Shown here: one piece after another, positions 1-16,601 of the stretch
Layout of the letters: every line of letters begins with the position of its first letter
How positions within the stretch are numbered: position 1 is the stretch's first letter
DNA from: the human T2T-CHM13v2.0 reference genome, Homo sapiens
Assembly: GCF_009914755.1 (NCBI RefSeq)
Contig: NC_060936.1
Strand: one strand, 5' to 3'
DNA: 64,000 bases
The notes under the pieces: model-generated
Database searches by the model: none
Seen by the model: the letters and a program-made list of their open reading frames with translations, nothing else
What the model was told of the DNA's origin: nothing
Program-made: the position numbers and the translations under genes

Positions 1-1342
1 TTGTTGAGGGCCTTGTGTTCCAAATAAGCTAGAGCTTGGGCTTTATGTGAAAGATTTACTGGTAAGATAACTGTTTTGATGTACCTACGTGACTGGTGAT
101 GGGGAAACTAGCCCAAAGGCTGCTGTTCTGCCCTGCTCCCCAGTGAGGGAAAAACATAAAATAAATCACTTTTTGAAAACATTCAAGACTTACTGAAGAG
201 TAAGATTTGAAAATATTAGAATTCATTACTGGGGAAATTAATTTTTTTTAACAGTTCTTAATAAAATATGTTACCTATTAAATCAGTTCCAACTTCCTTG
301 GGTATCGTGGGGGGTACCTGAACTTACTCATGAAGGTGGTGGCCTTTCTGGCTATGTATTGGTCTTATAGTAGCCATATATGTTTTCTTTCTATGTGGGA
401 TGTTAAAGTACTAGAATAGCAGTGCTAGAATAAATTTCCCATTTTATCTTTGTGAGAAGTAATAAAACACCAAAAACATCCTTAAAACACTAAAATACAC
501 AAAAATATGGTATGCCATTATGGTATGTCATATTCAAACTGGTAGAGAAGTCCAGCCTACACCTATTTCCAAATTGGGGGAAAGTAGGCTCATTAACATG
601 GGACTGAGCCAACAATTATTTTTTTCCTCCAGCATGATGGATGGCTTATTTTGTGACATTGTGTAGATTGTATAGGAACTTAGCAACATAGGAGATATTT
701 CCTGAAATAGAGAATGACATTTGGCATAGAGAGTTAGTTGATATTTACTGTTTATAACGAAATTTGAACATTAGACATGTATTCCAAGCAGATTGTACAA
801 ACAGGAAATAATTGATTTTTTTTTTTTTGCCAGAAAAGGGAAAAAGTGAAAGTACAGAAATGAATCATATAACAAATATGTGTGTACCAGGCACTTCCTG
901 TGGCTGGGAATATGGACTAGCAGGCCTGCATTGGATACTTGATTATGAAGATTAGAGGTTGAGATACTTCTAGAACGCTGTTTCTGGCGTTGTTTCATCC
1001 ATCTCTTGGAAAAAATATAAAACTATTAGTTTGGTATCTTACCTTTTAATCTTCTCCCACCCGTAATTCAAAAAGGTTTCATGATACAGCAAGATAACAA
1101 TTTAAAAAATGAATAGAAATAAGAGAGGAAAAATTTTAAAGTAAGGCGCAGCTGGAGTGATCTCTACGAAATGCATGCTCTTAAATTTTATATGCTTATC
1201 AGAGGTTGGCCATAAACTTGCTAGCTTTGAACTAATTTATGAAGGAGTGCATGAGGATGTTGGAAGATTCATAGCATTTGTAACTGGGTAGTAAGCATTT
1301 AGAATTAGCTGGACAGTGGGCTAGGAGAATTTGTTTAGCCTT

Positions 1343-1488
1343 CACATTTAGTCCTTACAGTTAATGTATGAAATGTGGGTTTTACTATTTTTGTTTTACA
1401 AATGAGATACTTGGGTAACTTGTCCAAGACATACAGTCAGCAACAGTTCTGCTTGACTATAAATCCAGAAATCTTACTAATGTGCCAC
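1343..1488 (-). mobile_element. MIR fragment
   Basis: ttttacaaatgagatacttgggtaacttgtccaagacatacag resembles the reverse complement of the MIR core. Confidence 0.6.
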
Positions 1489-2291
1489 TTTGATAAATAG
1501 TTAATTGAATGTATTTTGCAAGGCTGTGTTAAAAGAATAAGCATCTTTGAAAGTATATTAATCAGTGTCATACACATTCTAACCAAGCTTTGCTCATCTC
1601 TCTGCATGCTTTGAAACTATTTCCAGTTGTTATGCAACTGATTGCCTAGGGATTGAAATGACTTTTAGTTGATGACAAACAAGATAAATATGTTGCAAAA
1701 TCATTAAAAATACTTCACCTTCACTGATTCCTTCTCTACTGCTCTTTTTTCCTTTATATAGACCTGAGTTTCTCACCTGTATCATTATCCTTCTCTCTGA
1801 GAAACTTCTTTTAATATTTGTTGCAAGGCAAGACCACCGGCAACGCATTCCCTCAAATTTTGTTTGAGAAGGTCTTTATTTCTCCCTAATTTTTGAAGGA
1901 TAATTTCACAGGATATAGGATTCTAGATTGGTGGGGGGTTTTTTTTCCCCCTCTCTCAACGCTTTAAGCATCTCACTCTCTTCTTGCTTACATGTTTTCT
2001 GAAAAGGATGATGTTATTCTTATCCTTGGTGCTCTGTAGATAAGGTGAGTTTTTTCCTCTAGCTCTTTCCAAGATTTTTCTTTATCTTTGATTTTCTGCA
2101 GTTTGAATATGAAATGCCTACTTGCAAGTTTTTTGCATTTATCCTGCTTGGTGTTCTCTGAGCTTCCTAGATTTGTGGTTTGTTGTCTGATATTAATTTT
2201 AGGAAATTATCAGTTATTATTGCTTCATATATTTCCTTTGTTCTTCTGTCTCTCCTTGTATTCCCATTACATGTATTTTACACATTTTTAA

Positions 2292-2360
2292 TTAGGTTGG
2301 TGCAAAAGTAATTGTGGTTTTTGCCATTACTTTGAATGCCACTTTGCCATTACTTTAAAT
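2292..2360. mobile_element. MADE1 (Hsmar1-derived MITE), left half only
   Basis: ttaggttggtgcaaaagtaattgtggtttttgccattacttt matches the MADE1 TIR; the right TIR is absent and replaced by a local ttgccattacttt repeat. Confidence 0.85.
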
Positions 2361-2752
2361 CCCACTTCTTGGATATTCTGTTTCCTTTTCCTTTTCCCTT
2401 TTCCATTCTCCCCCTGCCCCTGCCCCACTTTCTTTTTCTTTTCAGTTTTGGAAGTTTCTTTTGACATATCCTCAAGTTCAGAGATTTTTTCCTCACCTGT
2501 GTCCAGTCTCCTAATGAACCCATGAAAAGCATTCTTTATTTCTATTACAGTGTTTTTTGCTTTCTAGCATTTTTTTATTCTTTCTTAGAATTTCCATTTT
2601 TCTGCTTATATTACCCATCTGTTCTTGCACATTGTTTACTTTTTTCATAAGAGCCCTTAGCATATTAATTATAATTATTTTAAATTCTTATCTGATAATT
2701 CCAATGTCTCTGCTATATCTGAGTCTGTGTTTCTTAAAAAATTGTGGTTTTT

Positions 2753-3056
<304 letters not shown>

Positions 3057-3682
3057 CTGGTTTTTGCCTTTTGGTTTGCCTTGTACTTTTTTGTTGAAAG
3101 GTGGACATTTGTTGAAAGGTGGTCATAAATAGGCCCTTAATAAAGTGGTGGTGAAGTGTTGGGGATGAGGAAGCATTCTATAGTCCTACAATTATGTCTC
3201 AGTCTTTTAGTGAACTTGTGCCCCTGGGGCTGTGACCTTTACAAGTGCTTTTCAGTTTTTCCCCCTCTTTAATTGGGATAGGATGACTAGAGGGGGCTGT
3301 GGTTTAGATGGCTGAGTTTCAGTGTTCCCATCTATAGGACCTTTCCCAAATTGGTTGGTCTCTGATAAAACGTTAGTAAGTTAAGCTCTGGTTAAATAGT
3401 TTCCCTTAAAGAATTTTTTTTCTTTGAGGGCAGGCCTTATTAAGAACAGAATGCTCCGGGTATATTCCACATGGCTGGTTTTCTCATCCCCCTGCTGAAA
3501 ATGTGTGGGTTTTTTTTTCTGTCTTCACTGTGAGAACCTGGTAGAAGTTCTGGAGATGAACTCACAAAAGTATGTGGGCAGAGGGGGATGGTAGGCACTA
3601 AGACTGGGCCCTTTGGATTTTTAAACTTTTAGACTTGTCCACATTGAGCCTCCAGCAATTTGACAGATTTAAGAAGAGTTGT

Positions 3683-3981
3683 TGCTGGACGTGGTGGTTC
3701 TCGCCTGTAATCCCAGCACTTTGAGAGGCAGAGGTGGGTGGGTTGCTTGAGTTCATGAGTTCCAGAGCAGCCTGGGCAACATGGCAAAACCCTGTGTCTA
3801 CAAAAAAAAATACAAGAATTAGTCAGGTGTGGTGGCATGTGCCTGTAGTCTCAACTACTCAGAAGGCTGAGGTGGGAGGATGGCTTGAGCCTGGGAGATA
3901 GAGCTTGCAGTAAGCCAAGATTGTGCCACTGTACTCCAGCCTGGACAATAGAGCCAGGCCTTGTCTCAAAAAACACAAAAA
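3683..3981 (+). mobile_element. AluJ-like
   Basis: Diverged dimeric Alu with aagagtt flanks. Confidence 0.9.
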
Positions 3982-4285
3982 GAGTTCTTGATTTTCGGCT
4001 CAGTTTTTTACTTGCTGGGATGGATTGATGACTTCCAAGCTCCTTACATGCTGGACTGGGAGCTGGAAGTTCACACCATTAGAAATAAATAGTAGTTTGT
4101 TAACATCCATTGCCGTGGCTTCACTAGTGTGAATGAGAGTTAAGCAGATACAAGGATCAGGGATGTATTCTCAGACTGTATGTTATGCAATTTATATCAG
4201 CTTAGATTAAGCATTCTCAGGCAAAATTAAAGTACAGTATTTCTGTTTTTATGATTAATTGTTTTCCACTCTGTTTAAAATGCAG

Positions 4286-4361
4286 GAACTCGAAGAAGAA
4301 GGAGGAATCAAATGAGGAAAAAGGAGAAATCAGTTATCTTAGGCAGTTTGAGCTGCTAACA
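4286..4361 (+). other. Candidate exon start (acceptor plus purine-rich ESE)
   Basis: ttttccactctgtttaaaatgcag|GAACTCGAAGAAGAAGGAGG; no convincing donor, and it runs into an MLT1A LTR. Confidence 0.25.
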
Positions 4362-4825
4362 AAGTAGCATAGACTGGGTGGCTTATAAACAACAGAAATG
4401 TATTTTCAGTTCTGTAGATTGAAACTCTGAGATCAGGGTGTCAGTATACCCAGGTTCCGGAGAATGTCCTCTTTCAGGCTGTCTTGAGACTGCTGTCTTC
4501 TTGTAGTCTCACATTCTAAAAAGCTTATGGGAGGAGAGCTCTCTGGGGGTGTCTTTCATGACACTAATCCTATTCATGAGGGCTTTACCCTCATGATGCC
4601 TCCCAAAGGCCCCAGGAGGGCCTTACTATCTTATTACTATTACATTGTGGGTTAGGATTTCAACATGGCTTTTGGGGAACTCAAACAGTCAATATCATCC
4701 CACCCCTCCTCCACAATTCATGTTCTTGCGTGCAAAATACATTAATTCCGCCCAGCAACCTCAAATGTCTTAACTCATTCCAGCATCAATTCTAAACTCT
4801 AAAATCCAAAGTCTTGTCTAAATTA
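4333..4825 (-). mobile_element. MLT1A-like LTR plus adjacent MLT internal fragment
   Basis: atagactgggtggcttataaacaacagaaat...cctcccaaaggcccc...; internal tcttaactcattccagcatcaa. Confidence 0.8.
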
Positions 4826-5025
4826 GATGGTAATCAGGTGGTAATGTCGGAGCAGCGACCTGAAGAGCATGAGGGAGCTAGGCCTGGGCTACGTGGCAGA
4901 GTGTGTTCCAGGCAGGTGGTGCGAGCGCAGAGGCCTGAAGCGTGGGGGCGGGGGGCAGGGGCGGTGGCTGGTGGTGTGGCTGGAACACAGCCAGCGAGGC
5001 ACGACTAGGGGCACACCATGAAGGG

Positions 5026-5282
5026 CAGGGGTTGGCGAAACTTCTCTGCAAACTTTTTTTTGTAAAAATGTATTTTTTTTATTTTTTATTTTTTGCCGGG
5101 TATGGCTGGCGTGTAGGTTGTAAAAGGGGTCTGTCTCCACTACTCATCTCTGTCGTAGTGGGAAAGCAGCCATAGATGTTATATAGAAAAATGGGCATGG
5201 CTGCATTCCAGTAAAAGTTATATTTACAAAAGTAGAGAGTGAGCCAGATTTGGCACATTGGCCATGGTTAGCTGCTTGCCGA
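5026..5282 (+). mobile_element. MER58A (hAT-Charlie)
   Basis: cagggttggcgaaac start, aaagcagccataga, gggcatggctgcattccagtaaaag, gccagatttggc. Confidence 0.8.
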
Positions 5283-5370
5283 TATAGGGGCTCATAAGCC
5301 ATTGGAAAGCACCTTGGATTTTATTCTAAATATGATGGAAGTTTTTGGAGGGTTATGAACAAGTGAGTGA

Positions 5371-5889
<519 letters not shown>

Positions 5890-6964
5890 GGATTACAGGT
5901 TGCTTTATGGAGAACAGAACATATCCTCCACACAAATGGAAAGAAGAAAAGCTATTTGGGGTTTCATATGAATCTAGGAAAACGACCATGGTGACTTGGA
6001 CTCAGGTAGTAGCAATGGAGTTGGCAAGAAGGGGTAACAGTAGATGTATTCGAGATGAAGTGCGTGTGTATGGGCTAGCTAAATATGATGCTAGTATTAG
6101 TGCAACTGAGTGAAAGATGGAGCATCTTACTAGTTTAGAAAAGACTTTACAAGAAAGAGCTTTGGTGGAGAAATTGAGTTTGGTTAAGTTTGAGATGCCT
6201 ATTAAGCATCTAAGTGACAAAATGGAGCATGCAGTGGGGTGTATTCCAGTCTCCTCTCTTTCAGAGAAAGAGGAGAAGGTATGAAAAATAATGATCTGGA
6301 AGAGTGAATGGAATAAGGAAATCCAACTGAAATATTGGACAGTTCTGAAATAACACATGAGGTTTGCTGTCAAATTTAGAGTGAGAGCAAATACCGTTGT
6401 ATGTTTTCCCCTAGTTATAATGAGCTGTGTGGGTACAGGTATGGAGTAGGTGGAGAGCTGGGTTTAACTGAAACTGAGGTTTTATTAGGCAGATAGAGTG
6501 AAGGGAAAGAGGTCCTAGGAAAATATGTGGTTTGTACCAATTTGGATGAGGAAGGAAGTGAGGTCGTGATAGTGAGACTGTGAAAGATTGAGAGATCTTA
6601 GGTACTGATGGGGTTGAAGAATTGCTGGACTTATTGTTACTAGAGGAAGTGAAATGGAAAGTCAGAAGTTTGGTCAGAGATGCTTAGAATTAAGTTTTGC
6701 TCATGATACATCAATTGCCAGCACAAAGATCCAACATATTACCGTGAGAATGGGTGATGGTGGGGCACTGAGGCTGTGATCAATGGATTTAAGGGAGTTG
6801 AGTAACTGAGAGGTCAGAGTGTGGCATTAATCCCCTTAACATGCATTTCAGAATCAGCAAAAATGATTGTAAGAGTTGTAGAGATCAACACACGAAGCTT
6901 GGAACCAAGTGTAAAATCTTCAGTGAATATGAATGATGGGGAGTGAGCAGGAAGATGGTTGTAA

Positions 6965-7050
6965 ATGTTAATTCCAAGCGGCCTTGTGACTTTAGGCCAA
7001 GTCACTTAACCACTCAGGTGTCCATTTCCTTGTGTGTATAAATGATGAGT
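6965..7050 (+). mobile_element. MIR fragment
   Basis: tgtgactttaggccaagtcacttaaccactc...tttccttgtgtgtataaatg. Confidence 0.6.
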
Positions 7051-7755
7051 GAAGACCCAGTTTTTAAACCTGAAAACCTAGACTGTAGTAGGTATTGGAG
7101 GAAGCAAGAGTGGGTTGGGAAGGGAAAGACAGGGGATTTTCCTCTAGTGCTGTGATTACCTCTGCTCATTATTTACCTCTGGCATCAGTTTAATAAACTC
7201 TGATCCAGGATGTTCTTCAGTGGCACAGTCACAAAGTTATCACCAAGGTCAAAAGACTACTTGGCAAAATCATATATACATTTCTGTTATTATAACCAGC
7301 TGTTGTATCCCATGTTAAATTTGTCTATATTATTTGGTCTTTACTGTAATGTTGTATTTTAGCAGATCTTTACTAAATTAAGTGAATGTAGTGAAGACTT
7401 TCTAAAATAGCTATTTTTAAGAATGTATTGATCACCCTTTATGCAAATATGGCATGATGAAAGTAGAAAGTAGTGGTAGTAATTCTGCATATTAAGCTTA
7501 AAGTGTGGGGCATTTACTATATTTTTTAATGCAAATAATTCTAATGGTTATAAAGTCAGTTGTTAAGGATATTGTAATCGATTGATCAAGCAGTGTGTGT
7601 TTTAGCTAAGGTTTATTTATAACAGGATATGATAGTAGGAAAATGAATCCATTTCTGATGAGATTTTTGCAATTTGTCCTTCACTCTTTAGAAAAGATCG
7701 CAATCTCAGATATAAAGTATTTCTAACTTTAAGTAGCTTCTAAAAAGTGATCTCT

Positions 7756-8628
<873 letters not shown>

Positions 8629-9143
8629 CATATATATATATATATGTAATTGGCCAATAAACAATATATCCAGCCTTTGTTGTAATAAACGTAAATTTTA
8701 AAAATGAACTGCCCTTTTTACCTATCAATTTTTCTCTTTAATGGTAATATTCAGGGTTGGAAAGGGAACTTAAAACAATGCTGCAGAACATTTCTAGAAA
8801 GGAAATAACAAAAGACACTAAAGACTGAAAAATGTTTCTCCTCTTTGAGTAAATATTTTTCATTGTAGGAAATTAAATAAATACAAATACAAGGATGTTT
8901 ATTAAATCTTTATTGATACTGGGAGACACTGGAAACTATAATATTCAACAATAGGGAACTGGCTAACTATAGCACACACACACTGGAACACCTCATGGGT
9001 ATCAGGAGTCCAGTGACGTGCTGATGCTCAACACATTATATGTTATGAAACCAATCAGGGAGAAAAAATCTTGTCTGTACATAAAAGGAAATATCCTAAT
9101 ATATCACATACTAATAACGTTTATTATTAAAACGTGATTATAC

Positions 9144-9588
<445 letters not shown>

Positions 9589-10169
9589 TGTAGAGGTATT
9601 TTGAAGAATACATTTTAGAAGTGGGATTCCTGGGTCAAAATTGATACATACAGTGCTGGCAAGTTACCCTCCCAAAGGGCAATACCAATTTGTAGTCTCA
9701 GGAAAGGGAATATTTATTTTTTTACACTTTCATCAATCTTGGATACTATCAGTCTTTATAAAAATTTTTTTGGTAAATATGAAGGTCAGAGATTTTTACT
9801 TCTTAAAGTCTATGAAAAAAAAACCTTAAAAACAGTCACCATGGGCAGGAGGATTGTAATAATCAGCTGTGATCCTTACTGTTGCTGCTTGATGTTTTTA
9901 AAATAAATTCTGTTATAGTCATCTCCAGGCATTTTTCCAGTTAGATAGGCTATGCATTCATCTCTTTTCCCCATATCCCTCCCCAAAATTAGAGCATCTG
10001 GGGAGTGTCAGTTATCCCATAAGACTTTCATTCATTCCCATGATGAATGCATCAACCAGCACAGTGCTGATTTGCAGGAGGAGGACTTGAATGGGATTTT
10101 GGCCTCCTCCCCATTTAGGCTAGGCCTGCAGTCAAATTCAAAGTACAACTGACAGAAATTTCTTGGATA

Positions 10170-10800
10170 TTTAAATTCCAGGCCTTGTGCTAGACATTAG
10201 GGTTATGGAAGTAAACAAAACACACCATACTGCCTTCACTGGAGTTACAGTCTAGCTAGGAAGACATGCATACTGAAGTAATTAAAGTCGGGTGAGTGTG
10301 AACAAAAGGGAAGTTAGCAAAAACAACTATGGAGTTACAAAGCAAGGACAATAACCTAGTCTCTGATGAAGGGATTTGCCAGGCGAAAAAACAGTGTGCA
10401 TGAAAAATGGGAGTGACCATGGCAAGAGGGAGAGTGGCACAAAGCAAGGCTGGAAAGTTAGGTGCTAGATCACGCAGGGCCTTAGAGGTCATAGGATTTC
10501 ATCCCGAGACAGCCATTGCAGGGCATTTAGTATGGTAGGGCATGATCAGATGTTACTTTATAATGTTATGAGAATAGATAGGAGAAAGTGTGTGGATACA
10601 AGGAGGCCTGTGGGATGACCATTGCCATGGGCCAGGTGAGGGAAGATGCTAACTTAGATTGGTAGAAGTAATGATGAGAAGAAATGAGTGGATTTGAGAA
10701 ATACTTGGGAAATATATCACTAGGATTAGGTGAGGTTTCTGGCTTGAGCAACTGCATGACTTGGTCCCATTGTGTTGAGAAAGGGAAGCGAGCTCTGGAG
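10170..10800 (-). mobile_element. L2 fragment
   Basis: ccaggccttgtgctagacattaggg...gttacagtctag; aggtttctggcttgagcaactg. Confidence 0.65.
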
Positions 10801-11064
10801 GACTAATCCCTAGGTTTGGCCTACATTGATTGTTTATAAACAGTGACCAAGAGACAGACTAGTTGGAGGATTTTTTCCTTTGTCCCTTTGTTCTCTGCTT
10901 AAGGCAGAGAATCTTAATCACCAATCAGATATTACCTGACCTGCTTTTCAGCTCTCTGACAAAGATGTGTGTGAATTACAGAGTGGATATTTTTGTTTTT
11001 TTTTCACATTTTGTCCCATTTGTTTCTTCTTTCTCTCTGACTCAATTCCCCTCATTATAAAAAA

Positions 11065-12415
11065 TTTTGATTGATACTTAATAATTGTACATATTTATGG
11101 GGTACAGTGTGATGTTTTGATACATGTATACATTGTGTAAAGAACAAATCAGGGTAATTAGCACATCCCTCACCTTAAACATTTATTTCTTTGTGAACAT
11201 TTGAATAGCTCTCTTCTAGCTGTTCTGAAATATATCATGCATTATTGTTAACTCTAGTTATTCTACTGTGCATTAAAACTCCAGAACTTATTCTTTCTAT
11301 CTTACTGTAGCTTTATACCAATTGACTAACCTTCCCCCTGCCTCCCTATCTTCTGGTAACCACTATTCTACTCTGTACTTCTGTGAGAACAACTTTTAAG
11401 ATTCCACACATGAGTGAGATCATACAGTATTTGCCTTTCTGTGCCTGGCTTATTTCACTTAATGTAATGTCCTCCAGATTCATTCGTGTTGTCACAAATG
11501 ACAAGATTTGATTCATTTTTTTAATGGCTGAATTGTATTCCATTGTTATTTTCTTCATCCATTTATCCATTAATAGACATTTACTTTGATTTCATATCTT
11601 GGCTATTGTGAATAGTGCTGCAATAAACATAGGAATGCAGATATCTGCATACTAATTTCATTTCCTTTGGCTATTTATCCAATAGTGGGATTGCTGGATC
11701 ATGTGGTAGTTCTAAGTTATTGAAGAATCTTCATATTGTTTTCCATAATGGCTGTATTAATTTACATTCCCACCAGCAGTGTGTAAGTGTTCCCTTTCCT
11801 CATGTCCTCACCAGCTCTTGTTATAGTTCATCTTTTTGATAGTAGCTATTCTAACTGGAGTGAGGTAGTATCTCAGTTGTAGATTTGATTTGCATTTCCC
11901 TGATGACTAGCAACGTGAGCATTTTTTCATATATTTGTTGGCCATTTGTGTATCTTTTGAGAAAAGTCTATTCAGGTATTTTGCACAATTTTAAATCAGG
12001 TTATATATTTTTTTGTTGCTGAGATGTTTGAGTTCCTTATATATTTTGAATAATTAACCCCTTATCAGGTGTATAGTTTGCCAATATATTCTCCCATACT
12101 GTAGGCTGTCCCTTTTACTCCGTTGATTGTTTCCTTTGCTGTATAGAAACTTTTTAGTTTGATGTAATCCCACTTATCTGTATTTGCTTGTGTTACTTAT
12201 GCCTTTGAGGTTTTATTTTAAAAAATCTTTTATGCAAATGGACTAAAAAATAAAAATAAACCCTTGCCTTGATCAATGTGATGGAGCTTTCCCCTTATGT
12301 TTTCTTCTAGTAGTTTTATTGTTTTAGGTCTTACATTTAAGTCTTAAATCCATTTTGAGTTAATGTTTTTTAACATGGTGAGAGATTGGGGACTAATTCC
12401 ATTCTTCTGCATGCC
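11065..12415 (-). mobile_element. L1MA-type 3' end and ORF2 C-terminus
   Basis: ttgtacatatttatggggtacagtgtgatgttttgatacatg; ORF 11346-11570 resembles the ORF2 C-terminus (MEYNSAIKK...LEDITLSEISQAQK). Confidence 0.9.
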
Positions 12416-12604
12416 CTCCCACATATTTTGTTGAATAACTTGAGTGCTAGTTATAGATATCACTCCTAAATACTCCAGCTTGTATCTTGTAAGATACAAT
12501 GATCACATTCAAAACATTTAATATGAATACTGCACATATCTAGTGAGTAGCTCATGTTCAAATTTCCCCTTCTTGTCCTAATGACCTTTGTAGCTGTTTC
12601 CCCC

Positions 12605-12995
<391 letters not shown>

Positions 12996-14010
12996 TGACA
13001 TTGACAGTTTTTGAAGTATCCAGGTCAGTTGTTTTACAGAATATCCCTCAATTCAGTTTTGTCCAACAGCTTTCTCATGATTCAGCTAGTAATACATAGG
13101 CGATATTTTAGCCATTTCAGTGTAATGCAAGAAGAGGCACATGATATCAAGTTTGCCCAGTTATTTTTGGTGCTAGGTTGATCATTTGGTAAGCTGTTTT
13201 CTGCTGTGATTTTCTATATCCTGTTCTCCATCAAACTTACATCCAGCAGTTTTAGTATCCATTGATAATTATAGCCTGAATCAGTTATTATTTTTGTGGT
13301 TATAAATGGTGACTTTCTATTTCTATCATCTTTCTATACTTATTTGTTGGCGTGCTTTCATCTTCCTTTCCCCCTTTCTGACGTGTCCCCATTAGTTTTT
13401 TGAGCACTTCCTTTGTGGCACAAGCTTTTCTAGGCTTACTGTCTACTTTCCCTCTTCATTTTTACACGTTTCCAAATATCTCTCTATAGAGCCTGAGATA
13501 AGAGGAAAGAACAGCTGGGACTGCATCTCAGAGGCCCCTGATGTAATGGTGGGCGGTGCTTTTAGTATCTTCAGGTGCAGGAGAAACAATGGTAACCATG
13601 ACAACCACCACAGTCCCCGATTTTCCAAGCACGATGAACTCCCCAAATTCTTATATGATCCTGGACAAACAGATGGGATGACCTTACTCCAAATAACAAG
13701 AGGGAGAACCAAATTGAATTTTCCATTAACCCTACTAGCTAAGGGTAGATTGGGACCACAGTTAATTTGACTAATAAAAATACAGAAATGAAACATTGTC
13801 TTATTACCAAATATCATGAAGCAAATTCATACCTACTCACCAAACCTATGGGAGTCAAGTGAAAACTGCTTTGCAAATGGTGCTTTGCAAAGCACTTTGC
13901 TTTTGAAGTATTTTTGTAAATGATTAATTTCTCTCATTCCCTCTCTAATTAAGAAAAAAATCCCACCCTCAAATATATAACATATTCATTAATTTTCAGC
14001 CTTATAGTGA

Positions 14011-14421
<411 letters not shown>

Positions 14422-15574
14422 TGATGACTGCCAGAAACGTATTTAGGTATTTATTTATTTACTTATTTGCACTCTTACAGCACTTGTTATGCTCCTTATA
14501 AAGTTGAAGATCTTCATATATCTTGGCATATGGGTTATGTGGGGATTCTTGCTTCTTCCTTTTGTCCTCCCTATGTGAGTATTTAGCTAGTGGAGAGAAG
14601 CCATATTGGATTTGTTTCTGTTCTTCCAGCATTTTCTACCCTTTTCTGCTTTTTTTTCTTTTCTTTTTTTTAATTTTTGAGAAAACACAATGATATTTGT
14701 TGATGGTAACGACATTGTTATGCTTCTGCAGCTTTCAGCATGCTCTTCCTTCTGCCGCTCTCCACAACCTTTCCTTCTGGAAACCTGCCCTTGATCATTC
14801 ATCCTTCTGATCTTGACTTGAGCGTCACTTCAAAACGGCCTTTCTTGGTGCCCTTTTGTCTAGGTTAGTCCCTCCTGTTTTAGGTTAATGTCCTGTGGCA
14901 CCCAAGTACCTATCATGTTTGTTTCTATCTATGTCAACAGTCTGAGCGGAAGAGAAAGCCCCCCTGGGCAGAAATGTACAACCATGGCTCTTTCCGGGCA
15001 ATGTGGAGGACGATGGGCTTTGGGCCAACATCCTGGCATGGCACAGTGAGCACAGCCTCTTCCCTAGACTGTAGGTTCCATGAAGCCAAGGGCCTGTTTC
15101 TCTTGCCCTCCCCATTCCCCTTTCCATTGTTTGTGTTGTCTGGTACTCAGTTGGCATAAAACAAACTGAAGTGAAGTTGCAAATAAATGTTATTTTCACT
15201 GGTATTCTTGCCTTTTATTATGGAGACCTTCAAAACTCAGTTTTCAGTTACCACAATAGCAGATATTTTTTGACTCATAAGACAAAGCTGGAGATAGGTG
15301 TGACCTGGCCCTTGTTCATAAGCCTGGGATGTGATTTGATTCTTAGCTCATTGCATGTGGAAAGTTCATTGATGAGGTAATTGGAGCTCAACTCCCTGAT
15401 CACTTGAGCAAAGATAATAACACTGTTGAGAATCTGTTATTAGTTGCTGTGGTGAGAAAAACCAATTGTATCTAACTGGTGTTCAGGTTTTACTAGGGTA
15501 GAATATATTTTGGTGTATCTTGAGTATCTAAAGAACTGGTCTATTGCTAGTTAATGGGAAAATCTAGGAATTTA

Positions 15575-15985
15575 GTCAAAGTATGCTCAGCATGGTCTGG
15601 GAGCTTATTAGAAATGCAGAATCTCAGACCCCACCTCAGACTTATTGACCCAGAATATGCATTTTGTTTGTTTGTTTTTGGTTTTAGACAGGGCCTCACT
15701 CTGTTGCCTAGGCTGGAGTGCAGTGGCACGATCATAGCTTACTTCAGCCTCAATCTCCCAGGCTCAAGCGATACTCCCACCTCAGCCTCCTGAATAGCGG
15801 GGACTACAGGTGTGCTCTACTGTGGCCAGTGAGTTTTTTAAAAAGTTTTTAGTAGAGATGAGATCTTCCTATGTTGTCCAGGCGAATTCCTGGTCTCAAG
15901 TGCTCCTCCCACCTTGCCCGCGAATGTGCATTTTAACAAGATTTCCAAGCGATTAATGTGTCCCTTAAAGTTTGAGAGGCACTGC
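15575..15985. mobile_element. MER5A-like DNA transposon split by an antisense AluJ (15666-15921)
   Basis: gggagcttattagaaatgcagaatctcag...ttttaacaagat...aaagtttgagaggcactg; TSD gaatatgcatttt/gaatgtgcatttt. Confidence 0.8.
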
Positions 15986-16124
15986 TTTAGTATATTGATT
16001 TTGTCACAGGCAATTGAGGGTCCCTAAGGAGAACTGTTGGTAAATATTCATTAATTCATCCACAAAGCAAATATCTTTTAAGCATGTAATTTTTATTAGG
16101 CATTAGTAGTACTGGTCATAATAA

Positions 16125-16345
16125 TAACAACAATAATACAAGGAGAGTAATCTAATGAGCCAGGCATTTTACGCAGTATATTATTTCTAATTGTCACACC
16201 AACCTTGAAAGCAAGATGGTATTAGTTTTATTTTATGGTGCAGTTCCTGGGGGTTAAGTATGCACGCCCATAACTCAGCAAGTGCATGACGGAGCCATGA
16301 TTTCAGCCCAGTCCCATCTGACATGACCCCTATCTTTCTACCAGT
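16125..16345 (-). mobile_element. MIR
   Basis: ggttaagtatgcacgcccataactcagc...ggagccatgatttcagcccag. Confidence 0.6.
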
Positions 16346-16416
16346 TCTGTCCTAGAAACAGATGGTGTAAGATCTTATGCTGTGAATTCCTTGATAAGCA
16401 CACAGCTCATTTTTGG

Positions 16417-16487
16417 TATATATATATATATATGTATGTATGTATATACGTGTGTGTGTGTATATGTGTGTGTATATATATATATAT
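16417..16487. repeat. Compound (TA)n/(TG)n microsatellite
   Basis: Visible directly in the sequence. Confidence 0.95.
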
Positions 16488-16516
16488 GAAACATGATCTG
16501 TTTACTTATGTTCCAG

Positions 16517-16601
16517 GCTAAGGCTTCAAATGGGAAGGAAGCAGAAAGGAGAAAGCAGAAACTCCTATGTAAAAATGTTAACACTTCTGTGTCCACACCA
16601 G
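16517..16601 (+). other. Candidate 85-nt exon
   Basis: tttacttatgttccag|GCTAAGG...CACACCAG|gtataa; purine-rich body. Confidence 0.25.

Noticed and set aside
2292-2360. miR-548-type hairpin from MADE1
   Set aside because: Only one TIR survives, so the palindrome needed for a hairpin is missing
13867-13895. 16-bp palindrome gtgctttgcaaagcac
   Set aside because: Short, resembles the MIR 3' tail seen at ~60014, and has no other support
15347-15376. 30-nt micro-exon (ttag|...GAG|gtaatt)
   Set aside because: Weak pyrimidine tract; such site pairs occur by chance
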